Origin: Bacteroidia bacterium
Lineage (GTDB): Bacteria > Bacteroidota > Bacteroidia > Flavobacteriales_E > Vicingaceae
Assembly: GCA_030426475.1 (NCBI GenBank)
Contig: JAUHYR010000006.1
Span: forward strand, 6,197 to 30,196
Direction: 5' to 3'
DNA: 24,000 bases
Below the pieces are notes generated by a model that was not told where the DNA came from, ran no database searches, and worked only from the letters and a program-made list of their open reading frames with translations. Positions 8,755 to 16,417 of the stretch are shown here, one piece after another (positions within the stretch are counted from its first letter, which is position 1; the number at the start of each line of letters is the position of its first letter). Both the position numbers and the translations under genes were made by a program.

Positions 8755-9222
8755 ATGGCTAAAAAAACTGTAATAGGAAGAAAAGATAAGGTCGATTTTC
8801 CGGACTTTGGACTTATTAATGTCCCTGCAAAGGTAGATACGGGTGCCTATACTTCTAGTATTCATTGTAGTTTTGCTGAGGTTGAAGATATAAATGGGAA
8901 AAAAACACTTCAAATTATATTATTGGATCCAAAACACCCACTATATACCGGCAGAAAGCATGTTTTTACAGAATATAAAAAGAAAAAAATTAGAGTGGCA
9001 AACGGAGAAAGTGAAGTAAGGTATATTGTAAAAACACATCTGCAATTGTTTGGTAAAGTTTATCCTACAGAAGTTTCACTGGCTAAACGCAGAGAAATGA
9101 AATTTCCGGTTTTGATAGGTAGGAAAGCTTTAGCCGGAAAATTTATAGTTGATCCGGGTAAATATGACCTCTCATTCAAACATAAAAAAGTAACTCAAAA
9201 TCCATTAACCTATTTACCATAA
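8755..9222 (+). CDS. DUF785 / 'ATP-dependent zinc protease' family retropepsin-like protein (RimB-like, RimK-associated)
   Basis: GRKDKVDFPDFGLINVPAKVDTGAYTSSIH carries a D-T-G-A aspartic-protease signature at nt 8836..8847, and a later FPVLIGRKAL is present. Its stop directly abuts the rimK ATG (TAAATG at 9220..9225). Confidence 0.75.
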   Translation: MAKKTVIGRKDKVDFPDFGLINVPAKVDTGAYTSSIHCSFAEVEDINGKKTLQIILLDPKHPLYTGRKHVFTEYKKKKIRVANGESEVRYIVKTHLQLFGKVYPTEVSLAKRREMKFPVLIGRKALAGKFIVDPGKYDLSFKHKKVTQNPLTYLP

Positions 9223-10095
9223 ATGAAAATAGCTGTATTATCTAGAGGAGCTAAACTCTATTCCACAAAAAGACTAGTTGAAGAAGGAGAAAAAGCGGGA
9301 CACGACATTAGCGTGATAGACCATTTGAACTGCAATATTATAATAGAACAAAGAAAACCTTCCGTTCATTATAAAGGAGAAGAAGTGAAAGGAGTTGATG
9401 CGATTATTCCAAGAATAGGAGCATCAGTTACTTTTTACGGAACTGCTGTTGTTCGACAGTTTGAAATGATGAAGGTTTTTTCTACTACAGAATCTCAGGC
9501 ATTGGTTCGCTCAAGAGATAAGCTAAGAAGTCTTCAAATTTTGTCAAGAGCCGGCTTGGGTTTACCAAAGACAGTATTTACCAATTATTCTAAAAATGTT
9601 GATGATGTTCTTAATTCAATAGGAGGCGCGCCATGTATTATAAAACTTTTAGAAGGAACGCAAGGCTTGGGTGTTGTATTAGCGGAAACAGAAAATGCGG
9701 CTAAATCAGTAATTGAAGCATTTAACGGATTACAAGCAAGAATTATAGTTCAAGAATATATTAAAGAGGCTAAAGGAGCTGATATAAGAGCTTTTGTAGT
9801 TGATGGTAAGGTAGTTGGAGCTATGAAGCGTCAGGCTAAAGATGGTGAATTTCGTTCTAACTTGCATAGAGGCGGCACTTCTAATGTAATTGAATTATCT
9901 CCTGAGGAGGAAGAAGCTGCTATAGAGGCAGCAAAAGCAATGAAGTTAGATGTGGCAGGTGTAGATATGCTCCAGTCAGCTAGAGGGCCACTAATCCTAG
10001 AGGTTAATTCATCTCCCGGTTTAGAAGGTATTGAACGTGCAACCGGAAATAATATAGCCGGAGAAATTATCAAATTTGTAGAAAGAAGCGTCTAA
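9223..10095 (+). CDS. rimK: ATP-grasp ribosomal protein S6 / alpha-L-glutamate ligase RimK
   Basis: MKIAVLSRG...[37 protein letters not shown] and VAGVDML...[17 protein letters not shown] are classic RimK ATP-grasp motifs. Length is 290 aa. Confidence 0.9.
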   Translation: MKIAVLSRGAKLYSTKRLVEEGEKAGHDISVIDHLNCNIIIEQRKPSVHYKGEEVKGVDAIIPRIGASVTFYGTAVVRQFEMMKVFSTTESQALVRSRDKLRSLQILSRAGLGLPKTVFTNYSKNVDDVLNSIGGAPCIIKLLEGTQGLGVVLAETENAAKSVIEAFNGLQARIIVQEYIKEAKGADIRAFVVDGKVVGAMKRQAKDGEFRSNLHRGGTSNVIELSPEEEEAAIEAAKAMKLDVAGVDMLQSARGPLILEVNSSPGLEGIERATGNNIAGEIIKFVERSV

Positions 10096-10113
10096 AAATA
10101 AAATCCAATTTCT

Positions 10114-11109
10114 GTGAAAATATTAGGGCAAGAAATACCTTTTAATAAAAAAACGGTAATAGAATTAGAAGTTGCTAAACTTCATACAGGAACAAGTATA
10201 TCTATTCCAATTGTAGTTTACAGAGCTAAAAAGAAAGGTCCGACTTTACTTTTAATTTCCGGAATTCATGGTGATGAGCTAAACGGAATAGAAATTATTA
10301 GAAGAATAAATGCTAAAAAACTTTACAAAGTTGAAAGTGGAACACTAATAACAATTCCTGTAATCAATGCATTTGGTTTTTTAAATTTAAGTCGTTCCTT
10401 CCCGGATGGTAAGGACTTGAACCGGATGTTTCCGGGCTCATTAAAAGGTTCTCTAGCAAGTAGATTAGCTTATAGAATTACCAATGAAATTTTGCCTTCC
10501 GTTGACTATGCTATTGATTTTCATACCGGTGGAGCTCAGCGGTCTAATCACCCTCAAATAAGATGTGTTTTTAAAGATGAGCGAGCTTTAGAATTAGCGA
10601 AAGTTTTTAATACAAAATTTATTATTGACTCTCCTTTTAGAAATAGTTCTTTCAGAAAAACAGCGCATGAAATGAAAAAATGTATGCTTTTATTTGAAGG
10701 GGGAAAATCTTTAATGCTTAAACCTAATGCTGTAAAGGATGGGTTTGCAGGAACACTAAAAGTAATGAAACATTTGGGTATGATTGCCAACTTACCTGAT
10801 GATTTAGAGTTAAAAAAGAATGAAAGTATTTTATTAAATGATTCTAAATGGGTGAGAGCCTCTAATTCCGGAATGTTTATTTCATTTACTATTAATGGTA
10901 GTTACGTAGAGAAAGGGAAAACAATTGGGCAAATTTCTGACCCTTATGGTTTTGTCGAGCGAAAAGTTAAAGCACCAATTTCAGGCTATGTATTTTGTGT
11001 AAATACAGCACCGGTTGTAAATAAAGGTGATGCGTTATTTAATATTGGATTTGAAAGTCAAAACCTTAACAACATCCGCCACCATCATAAAAATAGGTGG
11101 AATCAGTAA
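10114..11109 (+). CDS. Succinylglutamate desuccinylase/aspartoacylase (AstE/AspA, M14-like) family zinc hydrolase
   Basis: LLLISGIHGDELNG (HxxE zinc site), NRMFPG and DFHTGG are family hallmarks, and a C-terminal biotinyl/lipoyl-like beta domain (SGYVFCVNTAPVVNKGDALFNIG) is present. GTG start at 10114. The last 44 nt overlap the convergent arsM. Confidence 0.8.
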   Translation: MKILGQEIPFNKKTVIELEVAKLHTGTSISIPIVVYRAKKKGPTLLLISGIHGDELNGIEIIRRINAKKLYKVESGTLITIPVINAFGFLNLSRSFPDGKDLNRMFPGSLKGSLASRLAYRITNEILPSVDYAIDFHTGGAQRSNHPQIRCVFKDERALELAKVFNTKFIIDSPFRNSSFRKTAHEMKKCMLLFEGGKSLMLKPNAVKDGFAGTLKVMKHLGMIANLPDDLELKKNESILLNDSKWVRASNSGMFISFTINGSYVEKGKTIGQISDPYGFVERKVKAPISGYVFCVNTAPVVNKGDALFNIGFESQNLNNIRHHHKNRWNQ

Positions 11110-12037
11110 TATAAATATCTTTTTCTCCTGTAGATTTTAATGCAGCAGCAGTTTTATCACATACGGATAAAGGGGAGTTTTGCATTAAAATATGTCCGTT
11201 GTTATCATCAAAACATTCTTCATTGCCAAAATAAATAGCTGTTTGCCCTGTAAACACACATGGTCCATCTGCAGGCATTGGGTCTTTAATGGCACAAACT
11301 TCAATGCTTTCAATAAATATTAAGTCATTACAATCATAATGATTTGGTGAGAGAATTCGGTAAGGCCTTTTAGCTCTAATTTCTACTGTTCCAAAACCTA
11401 CATCAGTTATCATTTTTATATATTCTTTTAAAGGAAGAGAACCACTAATGCATAAAGCTCTCAGCCTTTCATCATTTTTAAGATTTTCAGGCATGTCTTG
11501 CTCACAAGTTGGGTCACTCATAATCAATCTACCGTTTGGTTTTAAAACCCTATACATCTCACTTAATGCTCTTTTTAAGTCTTCATGGGTAAAGATGTTG
11601 AATAAACAATTTTGAGCCGCCACATCAATACTATTATCTTCAACAGGTAAATGAAGTGCATCACCTTTCCTTAAATCTACAAACTCAGATTTAAACCAAG
11701 GGTTTAATTGTTCTGCTTCAATAAAATTTTTGGCACTTGCTTCAATCATTTCATCTACTACATCTACTCCTACAACTCCTCCTTTATTTCTATTAAAATA
11801 GGCAAATTGTAAAAGCTCCATTCCTCCACCTACGCCTACGTAAAGAATTTTTGGATTGTTAACTAAGTCTCTTGGGTTTACGGTACTTCCACATCCGTAG
11901 TTCATTTCTAACATGATTTTGGGTATATCTAAACCCGGCAGTTGCCAAATAGGAGTAGTAGTACAACAAAGACCTACATCGGGTTTTTCAGCAGCTTCTT
12001 TATATACGTTTTTAGTGGTTTCTAAATAAGTCTTCAT
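11066..12037 (-). CDS. arsM: Arsenite S-adenosylmethionine methyltransferase, ArsS-linked (arsenosugar-type) ArsM
   Basis: Has an N-terminal GLCC pair, the SAM-binding VGVGGGMEL and LKPNGRLIMSD, a conserved C in LCISGSL and a C-terminal GGGCC. It lies immediately downstream of arsS. Confidence 0.8.
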   Translation of the reverse strand: MKTYLETTKNVYKEAAEKPDVGLCCTTTPIWQLPGLDIPKIMLEMNYGCGSTVNPRDLVNNPKILYVGVGGGMELLQFAYFNRNKGGVVGVDVVDEMIEASAKNFIEAEQLNPWFKSEFVDLRKGDALHLPVEDNSIDVAAQNCLFNIFTHEDLKRALSEMYRVLKPNGRLIMSDPTCEQDMPENLKNDERLRALCISGSLPLKEYIKMITDVGFGTVEIRAKRPYRILSPNHYDCNDLIFIESIEVCAIKDPMPADGPCVFTGQTAIYFGNEECFDDNNGHILMQNSPLSVCDKTAAALKSTGEKDIYITDSTYFYDGGGCC

Positions 12038-12064
12038 AAAATAAATTGAGTTATAAGGTAATTT

Positions 12065-13123
12065 TTATTTTGCTACTTCACCTCCACAGCTTGAGCCTGC
12101 TCCTGCAGTGCATCCAAAGCAATGTTGGTTGATGATAATATTTCGTTCAACTAGTTTTTTGTCATTAAAGTCTTTTAAATGTTGAGGAGTACTTCCTGAA
12201 AATTTTAAATCAAGCATTTGATTAAAATCACAATCGTAAAGATAGCCGTCCCAACTCACAGATATTGTATTTCTGCACATAACTCCTAATGCTGCTGTCG
12301 GATTAAAAGCATTAACTAATTCAGTTAAATAATCTTCATAATTGTCACTAACAATTAGATACTCTAAAAATCTGCTGACAGGAATATTTGTAATGGCAAA
12401 AAGTGAGTTGAATTCTATTCCCCAACCTTCTCTCAATTTTTTCTTAAATTCTCTTTCTAATCCTTCTTGACTTGCTGGTAAAAATGCTCCAGTTGGATTA
12501 TAAACTAAATTCAATATTAATCCGCTATCTTCTTTTCCATATCCTACTTCATTTAGCATTTTTAGTGCTTTAATTGATTTTTCAAAAACGCCTTCGCCTC
12601 TTTGAGAATCTGTTCTTTTTGCAGAAAAATAGGGTAATGATGAAACAACTTCAACATTATGTTTTTTAAAGAACTCTGGTAAATCATTGTATTTAGGATT
12701 GGCTACTATAATAGTTAAATTACAGCGGACAATAATTTTTCTACCAAGCTTAGAAATTTCTTCAACAAACCATCTAAAATCAGGATTCATTTCCGGTGCC
12801 CCACCGGTTAAGTCAACAGTATGAACGGTAGAGTTTTTGATTGCGTCCAAGCATAATTGCATGGTTTTTTTTGTCATTATTTCTTTCCTGTCCGGTCCTG
12901 CATCTACATGACAATGCTTGCAAACTTGATTACACATTTTACCTACGTTCACTTGAAAAATATCCAGTTGGGTTGGTTTTAAGGGAAACAAGTCTATTTG
13001 CTGTAATTTTTCAGTAAAAGATTTTACACCTACAGATTCATTATCACTAAGTATTTTAATCTGTTCTTTAGGATTAGAAAGGTCACTTTGTCTTGATGCT
13101 AATGATTTGGTTGCTAGAGCCAT
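12065..13123 (-). CDS. arsS: Radical SAM / Cys-rich-domain protein ArsS (arsenosugar biosynthesis; Cys form, not selenoprotein)
   Basis: The CX3CX2C motif CNQVCKHC is at nt 12911..12934 (reverse strand). LTGGAPEMNP is present, and the C-terminal Cys-rich tail HCFGCTAGAGSSCGG is characteristic of the family I recall as TIGR04167. There is no in-frame TGA. Confidence 0.85.
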   Translation of the reverse strand: MALATKSLASRQSDLSNPKEQIKILSDNESVGVKSFTEKLQQIDLFPLKPTQLDIFQVNVGKMCNQVCKHCHVDAGPDRKEIMTKKTMQLCLDAIKNSTVHTVDLTGGAPEMNPDFRWFVEEISKLGRKIIVRCNLTIIVANPKYNDLPEFFKKHNVEVVSSLPYFSAKRTDSQRGEGVFEKSIKALKMLNEVGYGKEDSGLILNLVYNPTGAFLPASQEGLEREFKKKLREGWGIEFNSLFAITNIPVSRFLEYLIVSDNYEDYLTELVNAFNPTAALGVMCRNTISVSWDGYLYDCDFNQMLDLKFSGSTPQHLKDFNDKKLVERNIIINQHCFGCTAGAGSSCGGEVAK

Positions 13124-13125
13124 AA

Positions 13126-13461
13126 TTACATACTAATGTCTTTTACTTTATTCATCATTTGTACACCGTGAACTAAAGTTGCGCCACTTTGTATTGCGGC
13201 ACCTACATGAATAGCTTCCATCATTTGTTCTTCATCACAACCCTTTTGGACACAATCTTTTGAATAAGCATCAATACAATAAGGGCAATGAACCACATGC
13301 GAAACAGCCAAGGCAATTAGAGCTTTCTCTCTTTCAGTTAAAGCACCTTCTTTAAACACAGAAGCATAATAATCAAAATATTTTTCACCTAGTTCTTTTT
13401 GCCATTCGGTAATTTCACCAAACTTTTTTAGGTCTTCATCTACGTAATATGGTTTTGACAT
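13126..13461 (-). CDS. Carboxymuconolactone decarboxylase/AhpD-like protein (arsenosugar biosynthesis-associated peroxidase-like protein)
   Basis: 111 aa with the AhpD-type HCPYC (CxxC) motif in ALAVSHVVHCPYCIDAY. There are 2 nt between its stop and the arsS start. Confidence 0.8.
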   Translation of the reverse strand: MSKPYYVDEDLKKFGEITEWQKELGEKYFDYYASVFKEGALTEREKALIALAVSHVVHCPYCIDAYSKDCVQKGCDEEQMMEAIHVGAAIQSGATLVHGVQMMNKVKDISM

Positions 13462-13516
13462 AACAATTTAATTTACTGATTTATCTATCTACGGTAATCA
13501 ACATTTATTGGATTTC

Positions 13517-13524
13517 CAAATATA
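13517..13524 (-). promoter_or_regulatory. Candidate Bacteroidota -7 promoter box for the arsenosugar operon
   Basis: The reverse strand reads TATATTTG, an exact match to TAnnTTTG, about 55 nt upstream of the ATG at 13461. There is no convincing -33 TTTG partner, and an AT-rich background makes chance matches likely. Confidence 0.25.
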
Positions 13525-13559
13525 GATTATTTTTATCTTCTGATTTTTATAGGCACGGC

Positions 13560-14342
13560 TTGTTTATTAGTTCTAACTTTACAAACAATCTATTGGATAA
13601 TATAGTTTTAATATCTGTGATTTTGCTTTTAGTTGCTTCACTTTACTCTTCGGTAGGGCATGGTGGTGCAAGTGGTTATTTAGCTATTTTTTCATTAATA
13701 GGTATTCAGGCAACTTTGCTTAAGCCGCTAGCATTAAGTATGAATCTGGTAGTAGCAGGCATTTCATTTTATTTATTTTTTAGAAGAGGATTTTTTAAAA
13801 TACAACTTTTAACTCCTTTTATTGTTACTTCCATTCCCTTTGCTTTTTTAGGAGGTTATTTAGGGTTAGACGAATGGTTGTATAAAATTATTTTGGGATG
13901 TTTTTTATTGCTTAGCGCTATTAAGTTTTTATTCTTTTCAAAGGCCGGAGAAGCAAGTTTATCTGACAGAAAATTTAATTTATCGTTAGCACTATTTATA
14001 GGTGCTATAATTGGTTTTTTTTCCGGTCTTATTGGTATAGGAGGTGGTATTATTCTTTCACCTATTATTTTGTGGCTAGGTTGGGCTGATGCTAAGCAAA
14101 CGGCAGCAATATCAGCTGCTTTTATATGGATAAATTCTTTATTTGGTTTAGCAGGTTTTTTTATTGGTGAAACAAAAGTATCAGTAATTGATTTGATTGA
14201 ATTTTCACCATTTATTATTGCTATTATTTTAGGTGGATTTATCGGTTCTTATTTTGGAAGTACTAAATTCTCAAAACGAATGGTGTTTAATTTATTATCC
14301 ATTGTATTATTAGTGGCAGGAATAAAAATGTTATTTTTTTGA
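13560..14342 (+). CDS. TSUP-family (TauE/SafE-like) anion permease
   Basis: About 8 TM segments arranged as an internal repeat, with glycine-rich motifs (SSVGHGGASGYL and GLIGIGGGIILSP). The start is uncertain, at TTG 13560 or TTG 13593, and there is no early ATG. Confidence 0.8.
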   Translation: MFISSNFTNNLLDNIVLISVILLLVASLYSSVGHGGASGYLAIFSLIGIQATLLKPLALSMNLVVAGISFYLFFRRGFFKIQLLTPFIVTSIPFAFLGGYLGLDEWLYKIILGCFLLLSAIKFLFFSKAGEASLSDRKFNLSLALFIGAIIGFFSGLIGIGGGIILSPIILWLGWADAKQTAAISAAFIWINSLFGLAGFFIGETKVSVIDLIEFSPFIIAIILGGFIGSYFGSTKFSKRMVFNLLSIVLLVAGIKMLFF

Positions 14343-14869
14343 TAAAAGAGGCATACATATTAGCAGGAGGGAAAAGTTCCAGGATGGGGGAAGATAAGGC
14401 TACTTTGATTTTCAATGGTAAACCCATGATTCAGTGGAGTATTGAAGCTTTCTCAGTTTTGTCTTTGGAGATTAAAATTTCATCTTCAAACTCTCTACAT
14501 AAACAATTTGGCTATGAATTAGTAAAAGATGAATATCAAAATATTGGTCCGATAGGCGCAATATATTCCTGTTTAAACAATGCTAAAACAGATAGTGTTT
14601 TGTTTACTTGTTGTGATTATCCTTTATTGGATAGAGATTTTTATCAAACACTCTTAGATGCTTATAGCAATGAGGAAATTTTTATTTTAAAATCACACCC
14701 TTTGATTGGAATATATAGTAAATCTTGCCTGCCTATTATTAGACAAAATATTATTGAAGGACAATATAAGGTGATGGAGAGTGTAAAAAAATGTAATTTT
14801 AAAGAGTTTAATATTGATGGGTTTGAACATCTTCTAAAAAATGTAAACGAAAAATCTGATATCGGGTGA
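14339..14869 (+). CDS. mobA: Molybdenum cofactor guanylyltransferase
   Basis: AYILAGGKSSRMGEDKA is at the N-terminus, and IGPIGAIYS and CDYP are present. TTG start overlaps the TSUP stop (TTGA). Confidence 0.8.
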   Translation: MIKEAYILAGGKSSRMGEDKATLIFNGKPMIQWSIEAFSVLSLEIKISSSNSLHKQFGYELVKDEYQNIGPIGAIYSCLNNAKTDSVLFTCCDYPLLDRDFYQTLLDAYSNEEIFILKSHPLIGIYSKSCLPIIRQNIIEGQYKVMESVKKCNFKEFNIDGFEHLLKNVNEKSDIG

Positions 14870-15090
14870 AAGTTAGATTAAAATATTTTGGAGTACTGTC
14901 AGAAAAAATGAATTGCAGCTCAGATACGACAGATATAGAAGAAGGAACTTTATTGAGTAATTTTTTGAACGATAAAAAGAATAGTTTGGATGTGAAATTT
15001 AAAGTAGCCGTAAATCATAAATTTGTGGAGGAAAAAATACTGGAGGAGAATGATGAAATTGCTTTTCTGCCTCCTTTTTCAGGTGGATGA
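14866..15090 (+). CDS. moaD: Molybdopterin synthase sulfur-carrier subunit
   Basis: 74 aa with a ubiquitin-like layout, ending in NDEIAFLPPFSGG (C-terminal GG). GTG start overlaps the mobA stop (GTGA). Confidence 0.75.
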   Translation: MKVRLKYFGVLSEKMNCSSDTTDIEEGTLLSNFLNDKKNSLDVKFKVAVNHKFVEEKILEENDEIAFLPPFSGG

Positions 15091-15521
15091 TGAACGAGAT
15101 TAAACTCATACAAGGGGCTATTAATTCTACTCATATAGGTGAAATTTATGAGAATGATAAAAGTAACAATACCGGAGCTCAAATCTTGTTCACTGGTAAA
15201 GTTAGGCCGGACATTATTAATGGAAAGATAGTTTCTTCTATTGAATTTACAGCATACGAACCAATGGTAGAAGAACAGTTTAAAATTCTAGTAGAAGGAA
15301 TTAAAAGAAAATTCGATGTGTTCTCTATTACACTACTCCATAGTTTAGGCAATGTACCTGCAAATGATTTATGTATGGCTGTTTTTGTAAGTAGTGAACA
15401 TAGGGAGGTTACTTATCGGGCAAGCAAAGTGTTAGTAGAAAAAATAAAAAGTGATTTGCCGATATGGGGAAAAGAAATTTTTGAAACCGGTGAACATCAA
15501 TGGAAAGTAAATAAAATGTAA
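15087..15521 (+). CDS. moaE: Molybdopterin synthase catalytic subunit
   Basis: Has the FTGKVR motif, SSEHR, and LPIWGKEIF (PIWKKE-type). ATGA overlap with moaD. Confidence 0.85.
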   Translation: MMNEIKLIQGAINSTHIGEIYENDKSNNTGAQILFTGKVRPDIINGKIVSSIEFTAYEPMVEEQFKILVEGIKRKFDVFSITLLHSLGNVPANDLCMAVFVSSEHREVTYRASKVLVEKIKSDLPIWGKEIFETGEHQWKVNKM

Positions 15522-16417
15522 TGGTAGATATTACGCTAAAGACAAACACGTTAAGAACAGCTATTGCACAAGCAGTGGTAAAGGTGGGAAGTGAAGAAAC
15601 TATTGTGGCGATTAAACAAGGAAAAGTTCCTAAAGGAAATGTTTTTGAAATGAGTAAGGCAGCTGGTTTGTTGGGAATTAAAAAAACACCTCAAATTTTA
15701 CCGGATTGCCATCCAATTCCTATAGAGCACACAGCTATTGAGTATGAAATAAAAGAATTAAGTATCATTATAAAAGTATTAGTTAAAACTATTTACAAAA
15801 CAGGAGTGGAAGTTGAAGCCATGCATGGAGCTTCAGTAGTGGCATTAAATATTTACGATATGCTAAAGCCAATTGATAAAAATGTAAGTATATCTGAAAT
15901 TAAATTGGTCGAAAAGAAAGGAGGGAAGTCAGATTTTAAAGATGATTTTCTGCAAGAGCTAAAAGCATCTATTTTAGTGGTTTCATCTAAAATTGTTTCC
16001 GGTCAACGAGAGGATAAGGTAACGCCATTGGTTGAAAAAAAATTATCTGATTTAGGTATTTCAGTAGTAAACAAAAATCTTGTAAATGATGATAAAACCG
16101 AAATTGAAAATGTGATTAATTCTTTAAAAGAGAATAACAATATTATTATTGTTTGTGGCGGAACAGGTGTAAGCAAATCTGATATTACTCCGGAAGTAGT
16201 TAAAGGTATGCTAACTATGGAGATACCCGGAATAATGGAACAGTCCAGAAGTTTTGGACAAAACCTAATGCCCTATTCCATGCTTTCAAGAGGAATTTCA
16301 GGCTTAATAAATAATACATTGGTTATTACATTACCAGGCTCAATAGGCGGTGTTAAAGAAAGTATGCAGGCACTTTTCCCTCACTGTTTACATGTTTTTA
16401 AATCAATACCAAAGTAG
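15521..16417 (+). CDS. moaC: Bifunctional MoaC (cyclic pyranopterin monophosphate synthase) / MoaB-Mog-like protein
   Basis: The N-terminal half has KGNVFEMSKAAGLLGIKKTPQILPDCHP and GVEVEAMHGASVVALNIYDMLK (MoaC). The C-terminal half has IIVCGGTGVSKSDITPE and LPGSIGGV (MoaB/MogA fold). TAATG 1-nt overlap with moaE. Confidence 0.85.
   Translation: MVDITLKTNTLRTAIAQAVVKVGSEETIVAIKQGKVPKGNVFEMSKAAGLLGIKKTPQILPDCHPIPIEHTAIEYEIKELSIIIKVLVKTIYKTGVEVEAMHGASVVALNIYDMLKPIDKNVSISEIKLVEKKGGKSDFKDDFLQELKASILVVSSKIVSGQREDKVTPLVEKKLSDLGISVVNKNLVNDDKTEIENVINSLKENNNIIIVCGGTGVSKSDITPEVVKGMLTMEIPGIMEQSRSFGQNLMPYSMLSRGISGLINNTLVITLPGSIGGVKESMQALFPHCLHVFKSIPK

Noticed and set aside
12065-13123. Selenocysteine (in-frame TGA plus SECIS) in ArsS
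   Set aside because: The frame is uninterrupted, and the position that is Sec in some homologues is encoded as Cys (SSCGG). This is the Cys form.
13462-13559. Possible Moco riboswitch or other leader upstream of the TSUP-moa operon
   Set aside because: The region is only about 98 nt, is shared with the divergent promoter, and is AT-rich with no G+C-rich paired stems. I see nothing resembling the multi-stem Moco RNA motif.
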